Of a stretch of DNA of 64,000 nucleotides, positions 12,321-26,215 are shown one piece after another. The translations under genes were made by a program, and so were the position numbers. The DNA lies in assembly GCF_006345805.1 (NCBI RefSeq), contig NC_043022.1:18104001-18168000 (forward strand), read 5' to 3'. The DNA comes from Octopus sinensis (taxonomy: Eukaryota). Position 1 is the first letter of the stretch; the number at the start of each line of letters is the position of its first letter. The notes below the pieces were generated by a model. It worked only from the letters and a program-made list of their open reading frames with translations, was not told the DNA's origin and searched no databases.

Positions 12321-13660
12321 GTGTGTGTATGTTTGTGTGTGTACGTACACACATGCCCACATCATCCTGTGGCGCACTTAGACACATCAGTGAATTTTCC
12401 TGGGGTCCTTTGGTGTTTCAGGTCTTTCAACAGATACCTTCACTCAAGCGGCCTTGTCGGGATTGATCCAAGCCCCAGTTTGTGCCCAATTAACGCTACT
12501 CATAGAAGCACTGCCCGCTTCTAGGGTTCACACCTGATCCACAGACACCTCGAGGCAAAGTATATATAACTGTGTGCGTTTGTGTCTTTCCAGTTCAAAT
12601 CCTGTCGTCGAGGCGTCGTTGTGACATGCGACATGTATGCATGCACAGGCAAACAGACTGACAAAAAGGTAGACAGATATAAACAACAAAAAGGACGCTT
12701 GACTATGAAGCAGTGCACTCGCGACTGTGGTGTTGTATATGAGTGGTCTTTCTGCTTCGGTCAAATAGAAACTACACGCCAAGTCAGTGATTGAATGCTT
12801 ATCGTAGTTGGGGATTTGATGCAAGTTAAACAGAGAAGCACGTGTTTGTATGAAACTCGATTTAAAACTGAGAAAAGCTTTAAAGGGAGTTCGGATTCAG
12901 GTGAACAAATGTAAACAAATTTTTTATCTGTGGGTGACTCAGCAATGAGGGTGTGGTCTGGCTAGTTTCGAGTCTAAGTCATCATCAGAGACCAGATGAC
13001 ACCACCTGGTCCTGCAATCAGATGGAGCTCATATTTACAGTGTGTAAGACTTCGCCACTCGCACACACTCATGTAAGAGGATAAATTAAAAAGGACATAG
13101 GTAGGCATGGCCGTGTGGTCAAGATGTCTGATTCGCAATGGCATCGTTCCGGCTTCGTTTCGGCTGCACAGCATGTTGGGCAATTGTCATGGTTGAAATT
13201 TGGTAACCGCAAAATGTGTGGCAGCCCTTCGGGGAAAGGATTGCAGCTATTGGCTGGATGACCGAAATGCATTTAACCAAACCACCTGACAGTTAGATGT
13301 CTTTAGCATAACAAATCCTGTTTGTAACCTGCCGAGTCATAAGAGGTGCATGAGTTCCAGTCTGCTTCTCTGCAATGACGGAGGCCAGGCGAAATGTCCT
13401 CTCTCACACCATTTCCCCTCAAACTCGCCCAACACATTTTCTAAGAATAAAATAAACAAACAGAATATCTTTAAAGAAATCTTTTGAGGCAGAAAATTAA
13501 TTCGCAAGTTTTTCTTCCTTTTTTTTTCAAATTTTCTTATATTTTTCTTTTTAATATTTTTGTAATTATAATATTCACTGGAGCAAGAAAATTAAACACA
13601 ATACATTCGATACTGTTTGAAATAGAAACATAAAATAAAAACTGTAAAACTGACGGTGAC

Positions 13661-13747
<87 letters not shown>

Positions 13748-14084
13748 GTTGCTGCTGCTGATGATGATAAAGGAAAACAAATGATTGTAAAGCGAAAACA
13801 ACATTGTTGAAATCCCGTCCGTTTTACCTTGAAAATTAAATGATTTAAGTTTCATTTAAAAAGAGAGACGTCGTCGTCGTGGAGTTTAATTTCACATTAA
13901 TATGCAATGAGAAGCAGATATGTATATCTACTCACTCAGACAAACAATACATTCATAAATCATTATTGAAACACACTGTGGCGAATGTCGATATACATGT
14001 TTGCATGCATAGACGCGTGCATAGTGGTCGGAGAGAGGAAAGAAACCAAAACAGTTGTTTTTGAAATTAGCCGCCCAGCTGATG

Positions 14085-14345
14085 TCAAGATAATATTAAA
14101 AGGTTCGGGAAAAAGGAAAACATCAATGGCAAACTGATGGAAAATCTGGACTGTAATTGAAGATTTCTAGCCATAATGCTTGGAGCACTTGGCTACGTGA
14201 AATACTGCCTCCGTACCTATCATCAGAAGTTGAAACTCACACAACCAGAAAAAACATCACTAATCAAGAGATTACAGTTATAAATAGTCAAAGGCACTGT
14301 CAAAATATGCAAAACATTGAGGAAGTTTAGCAAAAATTACTAAGA
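14085..14345 (+). mobile_element. R4/NeSL-like non-LTR retrotransposon C-terminal (REL endonuclease) relic
   Basis: Translation includes FLAIMLGALGYVKYCL..LIKRLQL*IVKGTVKICKTL, similar to the IPIIIGALG..TAHIL tail of the other R4 fragments. Confidence 0.5.
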
Positions 14346-16221
14346 TCCATAAATACAATAACATCTACGCCTGAACCTATTTGTACGTATGCACACATAT
14401 GCATACATGTGTACATACATATATATACTATGTATGTATGTATGTATGTATGTATGTATGTATGTAGGTAGGTAGGTAGGTAGATGTGGAAAACATATGT
14501 AAATCTATAGTGAGAATTCAAACAGTAAAGCCCAGGGTTATATGTATTCAATGTGTTGATATCTAAATTCCAATGAAAGAGTCTTGTTTCTTGGCGGGAA
14601 ACAGTTTCTTTCTCCAACGCTCCAATTCCATTCGATCGATACACAAGTACCACGTGAGTGCATAATCTCTTATTTCTTTAATTCATTCTAATCATACATT
14701 CTCATGAATTGTGGAAACATAATAAGAAAGCGTTGAGATTTTGTTAGAGTACCAGCGTAGCTAGAGGCGGGGGGGGGGCAGAGCAGACTGCTCCAGGAGG
14801 CACTTTTGCTTGTTACTAATGGAGCACATTGTGAAAGGATCACCGAAGTAGCGTAGGAGCAATGGAAAAAATAATTTTCAGTATTTCTTCCAGCTCTTTA
14901 CAACCGCAGTTCAAATCCAGCCGCAGTCATTTCATCCTTTCAGGGTCGATAAAATAAATTATTATTATTGTTATAGCAACAGCAAAATATTACAGATTTC
15001 TTATAGAATTGTGTACCAATTAACAAAAACAATTTTCTCACAAATATATTTTTATCTTTAAAAAAATAGAGAGCGAAAACAGTAAACGAAAACGATCAAG
15101 CAAAAAAACCCACATAGAATATCAGTTTATCGATTCACACGCCATGTTGGTAACATTGTATTTTATTAATGTTCCAAATAATTCTTTACTGAATCAACTT
15201 AAGACACACCAAACATAAAACTGTCTGAGTCAATTGATTGTCCATGCTTTGGTGAAGATAGGGCTGTGTGTTTTGACTTCCTTCTACAACGGGGTATCAA
15301 ATGTCAAGATTACAAAGCAATAGTACTTATAAAACCTGTTCGTTTAGTAATATAGGGCAATAGTTCAGTCGAGGGAGCACCCAACTAGCAGACAGGGGTT
15401 CGCATCTTGTCCAGAACAGTATAAAACAAAACGTCACCACCTGAGAGACAGACGACTATTGTAAAACGGCCTAATGTATTTTGTTTAGTTCTGGAGTCGT
15501 AAATTTCTGGGATGTTACCATGGATATTTCTACATGGATTATACAACCAATACAATAAATAAACGAAGACTTGCACTATAACCAAAAGCATTCTAACCAA
15601 CCTAGGTCTTTTATTAATCGAGTAGTAAGGAATGTGTCGAAAAGGTAATCACAGTTATCTGCAAATAAAAAAAAAATGATAATGCTTGGTACTGCAGCGA
15701 AAACCTTGAGCAGATGATATGAGAAGGTTTCTTATATAACTATCGATAGGGACCTATATTATCTAATAGTTATAGAAATAGAGATCGTAGGAATAACAAT
15801 ACATGGATGTGTTCGGGAAGGCGGGTAGGAAGATTAGAAATAACTCTAGAACTTACAAAATAATATCTATCCGACCAGGAACTTTAATATTACAATTGAT
15901 AAGAAAAAACTTCGCATGTCTAGTAGTAATATGAACACTTAAATTGGATTGAGGAGGCGAGCAATTGTAATGATGATAGCTATAGGTGAGGAGATCGGGC
16001 TAAACGACTTCACCAACGCCAGTACTTTGTTGGTACTTTATAAATGCCAGTCAGTAAAAGTCGACCGCGAAAAGATGACAGAGTTGTCCTAGACGGTATT
16101 TGAGCTCAGAATGCAAAGAGCCGAAGAAACGCCGTTACGCATATCGTCTGACACACGGACAATTCTGCCAGCTTCTGACCTTAATGAAAACAGAACCACA
16201 AATAATGCATGTCATTATCTT

Positions 16222-16624
16222 TTATTTGTTTCAGTCATCAGACTGCGGTCATGCTGGGGCATCGCTTTGAAGAGTTTTCAGTCGAATGGCTCGACCCCCA
16301 ATACTATTTTTTTATATAATATCTGGTACTTATTCAATCAGTCTCATTTGCCGAACTGCTAATTTACAGGAGCGTAAACAGACAAACATCGGTTGTCAAG
16401 CGATGATGGGGACAAACACAATGACAGACAGAGAGACAGACAGCAACACACACACACACACACATACATACATACATATATATACGACGGGTTTCTTTCA
16501 GTTCCCGTCCACCAACTCCACTCGCAAGGCTTTAGTCGGCCTGAGGCTATAGTAAAAGATATTTGCCTAAGGGGCCACACAGAACCCAGAGCCATGTGGT
16601 TGGGAAGCAAACTTCTTACCACAC
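16222..16624 (-). mobile_element. SINE family B, diverged full length
   Basis: Head, CORE-like domain, internal (TA/CA)n and ccagcatgaccgcagtc tail are all present in reverse. Confidence 0.8.
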
Positions 16625-16646
16625 CATATGTATTTAAGTATGCATA

Positions 16647-16740
<94 letters not shown>

Positions 16741-17180
16741 GTATATATATATATATGTATGTATATATGTGTTTTCAGAAATATGTGCGTACGCCAATGG
16801 GTGTGTGCGTGTGCGCGCACTGCGACTACGTAACGGTATATTTATTTATGGAATGGCGACATTGTTTCTGACTAAGTCGGGGGGCGACCAGCCAAGCATG
16901 AGGCATTCGTCTCTAAATCCCGATCATAAATTTAATTCCTGAAACTAGAGACCCTTCCCTTCAAACTCATTGCTCTTTTACAGTCTTCTCTGATAACGAT
17001 TCTTTGCAGAATGGGATCACCTGGTGCAGGTGGAAATGTAAACACAACCTGTTCCTCCAATAAATATTCAAGTTTACTGAATGAGTCTGAGAGGCGTTCA
17101 TGCAGTTCCTTTGATTGAAACAGTTGTAGTCTGAGGAATTTAATTATGTAAATTCCTGTTTATGATTTGCTCTTAATAAA

Positions 17181-17568
17181 GGCGGCGAGCTGGCAGAACG
17201 TTAACACGCCGGGCGAAATGCTTAGCCGTATTTCGTCTGCCGCTACGTTCTGAGTTCAAATTCCGCTGAGGTCGACTTTGCCTTTCATCCTTTCGGGGTC
17301 GATTAAATAAGTACCAGTTACGCACTGGGGTCGATGTAATCGTCTTAATCCGTTTGTCTGTCCTTGTTTGTCCCCTCTGTGTTTAGCTCCTTGTGGGTTG
17401 TGAAGAAATAGATATTTCGTCTGCTGTTACATTGTGAGTTCAAATTCCGCAGAGGTCGACTTTCCCTTTCGGGGTCGATGAATTAAGTACCAGTTGAGTA
17501 CAGGAGTCGATGTAATAGATTATCCCCCTCCCCGCAAGTTTCAGGCGTTGTGCCTATAGTAGAAAGTG
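17181..17568 (+). mobile_element. SINE family A full copy plus tandem partial copy with an alternative tail
   Basis: 17181-17410 is complete. 17411-17568 repeats the central domain and ends ttgtgcctatagtagaaag. Confidence 0.9.
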
Positions 17569-17903
17569 TTATGTACTCTTAATATGTATTACCTTACTGT
17601 CTGAGTAATGAGTAATTTACGTAGTTATCCGCTTTTCTAACTGAGGAAAATTCCTAACTACATAACTATTCGTTATGTAACCAACAAAACGTGCGTATTA
17701 TCAAATGTATTCAAGATATCACTAATTGGTTTCTGTTCTAATCCAAATATAACGGGAATCGTGCTTCTGACTATCTCGCCGACCCCTGCATGGATAATAT
17801 AATTAAAATGCTGTGTGGGTATAGGTGCAGAAGGAATGTTGATCTAATCATTGAGCCTAGGATTTTTACATTATGCAAAGTATTAAGTATAGACTCATAA
17901 ATA

Positions 17904-18300
17904 GGCGTAGGAGTGGCTGTGTGGTAAGTAGCTTGCTTACGAACCACATGGTTCAGGGTTCAGTCCTACTACGTGGCACCTTGGGCAAGTGTCTTCTACT
18001 ATAGCCTCGGGCCGACCAAAGCCTTGTGAGTGGATTTGGCAGACGGAAACTGAAAGAAGCCCGTCGTATATATGTATATATATGTATGTGTGTGTGTTTG
18101 TGTGTCTGTGTTTGTCCCCCCAACATCGCTTGACAACCGATGCTGGTATGTTTACGTCCCTATAACTTAGCGGTTCGGCAAAACAGACCGATAGAATAAA
18201 TACAAGACTTACAAAGAACAAGTCCCGGGGTCAATTTGTTCCACTAAAGGCGGTGCTCCAGCATGGCCACAGTCAAATGACTAAAACAAGTAAAAGAGTA
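17904..18300 (+). mobile_element. SINE family B, full length
   Basis: tRNA-like head, ggcaccttgggcaagtgtctt CORE-like domain, internal microsatellite, tail ggcggtgctccagcatggccacagtcaaatgact. Confidence 0.9.
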
Positions 18301-18439
18301 TGTGCATACACACACACATAAAATGAAGAAATTTTTCCGGCGCTAAATAATATCAAAAATAAAGATTAAAGACTCAAAATTCATGAAAAGCTTTTATGAA
18401 CGAAATATGATTCAGTTATTTAAGAAGCTTTTTTGGAGA

Positions 18440-18469
<30 letters not shown>

Positions 18470-18473
<4 letters not shown>

Positions 18474-18870
18474 CAAGGAAAGACGAGCTTTACATTTAAA
18501 TTAATTCTGTAGTCACGTTGATGACCGGTGAATCCTTTTCAGGAATAAATATAGCAAAAGTTCTAAGACCTTTGATTCCTTTTTCTCGGTTGTAATTTTT
18601 AACTTTCCACAGTGTCTCTTCGAACAAGAATAAAACAACACTTATATAAAATTCCAATATCCTTCGAAGTATAACTGCTCTGCCTTCTTTTATCAGTTTC
18701 CTTAGCTGTCAACTCGATCTTTTTCGATTAAGTTATGGTTTTCCGTTCAACTGAACTGACCTTCTATTCTTAGTTCTTTTACTATTTGTGACATTCAAAA
18801 TGCCACCACAAAAATCATTAAGTCTTTTCATCGTACCTTCTGGGTGAAGGGAAATTGATTTTGTTCCTAG
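18470..18870 (-). mobile_element. Possible R4-like retroelement 3' fragment
   Basis: Complex sequence ending directly at (ATT)n. No clean translation was obtained. Confidence 0.3.
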
Positions 18871-19837
18871 CATCTCCCCGCCATCGATATATAGAAAATC
18901 AGTGTCAGAACAGACACTGGCGTCGCGATTAGCAAATGTTGAATAAATATTTATCAGCGACGGGTACCAGTACGGAGAGGTAACGGTCAGTCATTTCTAT
19001 CATTGTTACTTTCCCGGTTCTCCGCCTCACTACGGATTTAATTCAATTAAATAAGTATATGATGTATTTCTAATTGATGTCACTAAGAATTGTATGGAGA
19101 GATTCAAGGCGCTACGTTTAGATTTCCCATGAAATGAGGACGTTTTGAAGAATCTGTGGACAGAATTCGTTCGTGAACGCTTCATTTTGTCTGTTCAGTA
19201 ATGGCGGTGAAAATGTACTGGGATTTGTAGAGACCCTTTTAAGCATAACCAACACATTTGTAGATCCCGTTTATACTTTTATCTCATAAACACACACAAA
19301 GGGCGAGAGCGTGACAAAGTGGCAGACAGAGACAAGCAGAAGTTACCATAAAACAATTGTTGGATAATTAAGCATGGTTATTTGGTTGTTAGAGAGCGAG
19401 AGAGAGAAAAAGTGAGGGAGAGAGAGAGAGAGACAAAGTGAGGGAGAGAGAGCGAGAGAGAGACAAAGTGAGCGAGAGAGAGACAAAGTGAGGGAGAGAG
19501 AGATGGGAGGTGTAGGGGAGAGCAGTGAAGATCCGTTTAATTAGATTAAATAAGTTAGTTGGTTGCAGAGTTACGAAAAAAAGATCATTTTTAACTCGGC
19601 TTCTAAACAACCATGAAATAAGAGTAAAGTCTCCAGTTTCGTTTCTTAAACCATTCAACTTACACAGCGTCTGTAAAACAATGAGAAACGCTGACGTATC
19701 ACTTCTTTCATCGTATCGTACAGGCTGGTGGTTGTGGTGATGGCTACGGTGGTGGTGGATGATTAACTCCACGGTCAGCCGTCATCAAACAGACCTATCA
19801 TTATTATTATCATTTAGCTGTTGTTATAGTAGAAAGG

Positions 19838-19881
<44 letters not shown>

Positions 19882-19888
<7 letters not shown>

Positions 19889-20445
19889 TTCATGTACACA
19901 CAACAGATTAGACTGTTGGAAAAGAAAAAATCCTAACATCGGGCTACAACAAGTAACCTTAGCTGCCAAGAATCCTCCTGGATCATGTGTTCCCCAAGCC
20001 TTCTTCCTGCAACCTTTCTGTTCTTCTAACAGTAAATTCTGGTTGTTAAGGTGCTCGTAAATGCTCTCTCGAAGCATTCCTATTAACAGCGTCGTCCACA
20101 CTAATAGTAAGCAAGTGATTGGTCTGTAGTTGCTCGATGTATTACCCTTGCTTTTGTCTTTCATGATGACTATTGTCCTCCTTCTAGTCATCCAATCTGG
20201 TATTATTCCTCCATTAAGGCAATCCTGAAGTTGTTCCTTCAGCCTCCCATGTAAACTACTAAATTTCTTTAGCCAATACCCTTTAAATAAATCTGGTCCT
20301 GGGCCCTTCCAATTCGGCATTTTTCCTAACACTTTACTCATTAGTCCACTAGTTTATCTTAGATCCGGCAGCTTCTCGCTCACTATTTCTTCCCTCACTT
20401 TCTTTAACCGTACTGCATCTCCATTATGATTAACTGGCTTATCCC
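19882..20445 (-). mobile_element. R4/Dong-clade LINE reverse transcriptase fragment
   Basis: ORF 19814-20341 reads KMPNWKGPGPD..GYWLKKFSSLH..PDWMT..TIVIMKD..NYRPITCL..EEQKGCRK, the start of a non-LTR RT. It ends at (AAT)n. Confidence 0.9.
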
Positions 20446-20772
20446 AAACTAGCAGTATTTCAGATTTCGGAGGATTTACTCCAAATGCAGTCGTTATTTT
20501 TTTAAATCGTACTTAATGCACCTATTATGATAGGAATTGTTTCCGTTTTTAGACTTCACATTTGAGTTACTTTTATTCCCAGATCTTTGTATTTTGAAAG
20601 TTTCTCCATTTCTTTTAGAGAAACATTGTCATCTGTTGGTATTGATACATCGATTAGAAAACATTTTTTTTATTCGTGATGATCTCTGACAACTATATCT
20701 AGCCTATTGGCCTTGAATTCTCTATCTGTGAGTATTGGCATATCCTAGAGTATGGTTGCTTTCTCTTTATAA
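20446..20772 (-). mobile_element. R4/Dong REL-endonuclease fragment
   Basis: Minus translation gives WDMPILTDREFKANRLDIVV..CFLIDVSIPTDDNVSLKEMEKLSKYKDL..IPIIIGAL. It starts at (AAT)n. Confidence 0.8.
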
Positions 20773-20776
20773 TTAC

Positions 20777-20821
<45 letters not shown>

Positions 20822-21420
20822 GAGTACGGTAAAATACTGGATTCTGAGAGTGTTGGACACATTATCTTGACGTTCTAAGTTCAGTTCCTTTTAAAGGCAA
20901 CTTCACATTCATTCCTTCGAAGTTAAAAAAAAATAAGAAAGAACAAACCAAGTACTTACACTAATTCGCTATACACCTCCTCAGTAGTAGTAGTAGTAGT
21001 AGTAATATTAATGTTCGCTTGTATGTGTGTATATGTATGTGTGAATATGTGTATGTGGATATATACATGTATGTCTGTGACAGTGTGTGTGTGTGCGTGT
21101 GTGTGATTTGTGCATTACTTCAACAGATGTCACACACGTTTCCTCCTCCTCCTCTCCTGGTTACTCTCCTCAACCAAGTCAATAGCCGCAACACAAAATG
21201 GCACAGCTCGCCTATCACACACACACACACACACACACACAACCACTCTATATGCCTCTGTCTGTCTGTTAATTAGTCCCTGTTCATGTATGTATGTAAA
21301 TGTGTGTGTGTATGCATGTACTTCTGCGCATATGTATGCGTGCACGTATGTGATATGTAGATATGTGTATTTGCATGTGTATGTATGCGTAAGTGTATAC
21401 ATATGTTTAAATGCTAATTG

Positions 21421-21437
21421 TGTATGTGTGTGTGTGT

Positions 21438-21475
<38 letters not shown>

Positions 21476-21547
21476 ATTTTGGAATAAAAGTAATATATGC
21501 ATTTATAGTTGATCTTATTGTCTGTCTGTTCCTTTATATGCAATGTG

Positions 21548-21598
<51 letters not shown>

Positions 21599-22040
21599 CA
21601 TATGTATGTATGTCTGTAGTATGCATGTGTATATGTATATGAACGTCGTAGCATTATGTTGATTCTTCTGTGTGTGTGTGTGTGTGTGTGTGTGTTGTGT
21701 GTGTGTGTGGTGTGTGTGTGTGTGTTAGTCTTTGTAATTGTTAAAAGAGCACAGCATAGACATGCTGGAAGAGCAAAAGAGACGAAAGGACAAAGGGAGA
21801 GAAAGAGAGGAAGAGAGAGACTAAGAAATAAAGGGTGTGTAGTGGGGTAGAGAGGAAGGGAGAGTGGAGTGGCAACTGATAATTATTCCACATAATTATT
21901 ATACATAATTATTTTATATATTCTACATGATTATTATATAATTTCCCAATGTTCATTTTCTATATGAAGCTAATATAGCAATTATATGTATATAATTATA
22001 CGCACATGAATATGTAGCGCGTGTGTATGTGTGTGTGTGT

Positions 22041-22084
<44 letters not shown>

Positions 22085-22151
22085 ATTTTGGAATAAAAGT
22101 AATATATGCATTTATAGTGATCTTATTTGTCTGTCTGTTCCTTTATATGCA

Positions 22152-22231
<80 letters not shown>

Positions 22232-22298
22232 CATATGTATGTATGTCTGTAGTATGCATGTGTATATGTATATGAACGTCGTAGCATTATGTTGATTC

Positions 22299-22360
<62 letters not shown>

Positions 22361-22668
22361 GTCTTTGTAATTGTTAAAAGAGCACAGCATAGACATGCTG
22401 GAAGAGCAAAAGAGACGAAAGGACAAAGGGAGAGAAAGAGAGGAAGAGAGAGACTAAGAAATAAAGGGTGTGTAGTGGGGTAGAGAGGAAGGGAGAGTGG
22501 AGTGGCAACTGATAATTATTCCACATAATTATTATACATAATTATTTTATATATTCTACATGATTATTATATAATTTCCCAATGTTCATTTTCTATATGA
22601 AGCTAATATAGCAATTATATGTATATAATTATACGCACATGAATATGTAGCGCGTGTGTATGTGTGTG
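21421..22668. repeat. Tandem duplication, two units of about 610-635 bp
   Basis: Unique segments recur almost identically (the ORFs at 21656 and 22289 differ only in their (TG)n part). Junctions lie in (TG)n. Confidence 0.95.
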
Positions 22669-23187
22669 TGGACGTATGGTTCAGTTGTTTGCTTCGCAAC
22701 CATGCAGCCCCGGGTTCGACTCCAATGCACAGCACCTTATGAAAGCGCTGACGAAAACCTTATTAGTGATATTTATTTAATAGAAACTATCAGGAAGCCC
22801 ATCTTATATGCAGTACTAGTTTCCTGTACGATGTAAGTCCTGGTATTCTATTTTGTTGATATTTTATATTTTCTGGAAAAATAATTTTTTTTATTTTTGT
22901 TTTATTGAATATGACTTCCACTACTGAACATTGCGTGGGGAACAGAGGGTGTAGGGATGGCGCTTACAAGCCCCATCCCCCTCAAAAGTTTGGGAGAGTG
23001 CAATGATGCAACACCGTCTGCCCCATAGGCCTTAATATGAAAACACTTTGAAGAATCTCCTGGAAAACTTCATCGCCACATCGAACGAAATATTACTTTT
23101 CTATTATTGGATTCATCTGATTTGGTTGATATACAACAACAACAACAATAATAATAATAATAATAACAATAATAATAATAATAATAA

Positions 23188-23790
23188 TAAAAAAACCTGG
23201 ACCTGCCCCATGATAATAACTGGTGGGAACACAAACCACCCCCAGTGCTTGAAAATGATCATATCTCACTCCTCTGGAACTTCACCATTCAAACTGACAC
23301 AAAAATAGATGCGAATAGGCCAGACATTATATTGAAAGACTCCTCATTGATATGGCCGTCTCAATCGATATAAATGTATCTGTCAAGATCTACCAAAAAC
23401 TGAGCAAGTATAAAGATCTTGAAATAGAAATAAGCAAAATGTGGAACCTCAAGACTAAAGCAATACCTGTTGTCATAGTACCCTAGGAATGATAGCAAAA
23501 GGGGCTGATTGCTACCTAACTCAGATACCAGGAAACCCCAAAATGGCAGAAATTCAAAAGATCGTGCTCATGGGAACTGCTCATATCCTACGTAAAATAC
23601 TGTCTATGTAATCTCAAATTTTAAAACAAACTCAATTTTCTGATGTTTTCTTAAACATTCTCTTGAACAATACTTTGTGCAAAACCAAATAAATGACACC
23701 CTAGGCATAAGACCAACATGAACTTCTAACTTGTTGTCTCTTGAAGTCTCTGGGTGAGACTTGGAGTCAACTTGTGTCAGTTTGAATGAA
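23188..23790 (+). mobile_element. R4/Dong LINE 3' end (REL endonuclease + 3' UTR), 5'-truncated
   Basis: ANRPDIILKD..KLSKYKDLEIEISKMWNLKTK.IPVVI..IQKIVLMGTAHILRKILSM*. Begins at (AAT)n. Confidence 0.9.
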
Positions 23791-25526
23791 GTTCCAGAGG
23801 AGCGAGATGTAATGTTATAGCAACGACTCCATCGATTCCTAGGCATATCTGAGGAAGGAATTTTTATTCCGAAATATCTTGTCAGACTATGGATGATTAA
23901 ATTACAACATTGTTTGTATTATAATGCATTGTTGTGTCATTCAATACATTTTATTCTTTACAAACATTACACAATGCTTCAAGCGAACTACAATACTCTC
24001 CTATTATTATTATTATTATACTTGTGTTTGTTTTGATATTAAGATTGAAAAAAATTAAATTTTGTAAAGTGTTTTGGACCTAGGTTTGCCCCTCCGAAGC
24101 AAATTTCGTTCTGGGTTATATGTTCCTGGAAATGTGGCGAGAGCTGATAACAACCAAGTAACTGATATTGGATACAAACTCCCACCCACGAAAACAAAAG
24201 TTTCTATAAAATATAAAAAACGAATTTATTTATTAAACAGGCAGAAAAACTGGCCACGAAATTAATATATTCAGAAGTACAGGCAACAACAGGTTTAGTT
24301 TTAGTATTAAGTTAAGCACGAAGTAGAGCTCCTTTGCGAACGCTACGAGTAAATGGAGTTTTAAGACATGGAAGAAATTCAGCTGAAGAATTAATGTGTG
24401 ACAACAGTTTGTCACGGGAGTGAGTCCCTCCTTGCTCGAAGAATTTATTGAGAAACAGGCAAAGAAGAATGTGATAAACGACAGCTTTGTGAAAACTGTA
24501 GCAGCTTTTTCTTATAAACTTTCAAAGGAACAGTTAAAAAAAAAAACTGATGATGTGACGAAGTGTGGAACGACTTGTGCTGCAATGATTTTGGTAAAAT
24601 ATATAAAGGTATATATGTACCAGACGAAGCAAGTGCGTCACACACCTGCCCGTTTGTGTCACAATGCATCGGACGACATGACACCGGTGTCACAACAACG
24701 AGTAACACCGACTCTTGGATCATCGTCACACTTAGGGCACGTCACAGGCAGGTGTCACGTGATCTGAGAGAAACGACGGTTTAGTTGGCCTCGGGGTTAT
24801 CCTGGAATTGTATCCTAACTTGTGCCCAGTGAGAAAATCTTCAAGATTTTTCGTGTTGGACAGACAGGCTAAAGGCTTGTCCATCTCAAGGTAACTCATC
24901 TCCCGCTATATTCAAAATGTTTTTTCCATAATGTCTTAAACCATTTTCTCGTCCCTAAACCGCAATGGTATTGTTGATGTTGAGTCCCTTAGTTTCCCAA
25001 TTCTCATCCAACTCAATTTGTTTCTTCCCTCATTATCATCTTCTCGCTCAGACACCTCATCTTCTTCTGCTTCTCCAACTCCTTCATTTCTACTCCTGTT
25101 CTTCCCTGCCACAGTCTATCCACTCATGTTTTGTTCGTTTTTATTCTCCCCCCGCTCCTTTTTCAAAAATTCTTGTTTGATTCCTGATGCTGAACTTGCT
25201 TCATTCTTAAACCAAATGTTGCAGGGTCACTCGGTTGCCCTGCCAAAACAATTTCCTGGCCCTTCACTACAATTGCCAATCTCCTCTACGTCTTTGTTTG
25301 ACTTCTTGCGTTGTTCAAACTTGGGATAAAGTTAGTTATTTTGTCTTTTTATTGAGACATCATTTCTCATTATTATTTCCGACTCTTTACGTTCTAAGTT
25401 CAATTCTCGCTATGGCCAACTTTGCCTTTCATCCCTCCAGGGTAGATAAAATTATGTGCCAGTCAAATACTGGAGTAGATGGAATCGACAAATCCCTTCC
25501 CCATTATTATTACTGTTGTTGTTGTT

Positions 25527-25733
25527 GAGCTAGTGGAATCGCTAGCACGCCGGACAAAATACTTAGCGGCGTTTCGTCCGTCGTTATGTTCTGAGTTCAA
25601 ATTCCGCCAAGGTCGACTTTGCCTTTCATCTTTTCGAGGTCGATAAAATAAGTACCAGTTGAGTACTAGGGATCGATGTAATCGACTAACCCCAACTCAC
25701 CAAATTTTGGGCTTTGTGCCTATAGTAGAAAGG
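25527..25733 (+). mobile_element. SINE family A (alternative tail); a partial copy lies at 25389-25500
   Basis: Head and central domain match; tail ttgtgcctatagtagaaagg. Confidence 0.85.
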
Positions 25734-26180
25734 ACAGTTCTTGTTGCTCTTTGTGAAGACGGTTTTGTGAAAGTTCCACTAAAAGTTGGGTGTTAACACG
25801 ATTTATTTTAAGTCAAAGATTTGTTGGGGTTTTTTAAACAAGGAGTGAAGCCCCTCAAGACTTGCACATCTGTTTACCTAATTATCTGTTATCTTTTTAT
25901 CTATTTATCCACTTGTTTATCAATCTTTCTAACTATCTACCCAACCATTCGTCTGTCCATCCATTCATCAATCCGTCTATCAATCTAATTTTTTACCTAT
26001 CTATCTATCTAGCTATCTTTCTATCTATCTATTGATCTACATACCTATCTAGTGATATATTTATCCGTTCACCTATCCATATATCTTCCCACCTATCCTC
26101 TATCTATATCTCCACCTGTCCGTCTATCAACCCACCTGTCGACTATTTAATTTCCACATACCTTTCTTTCTACTCATCCG

Positions 26181-26215
<35 letters not shown>

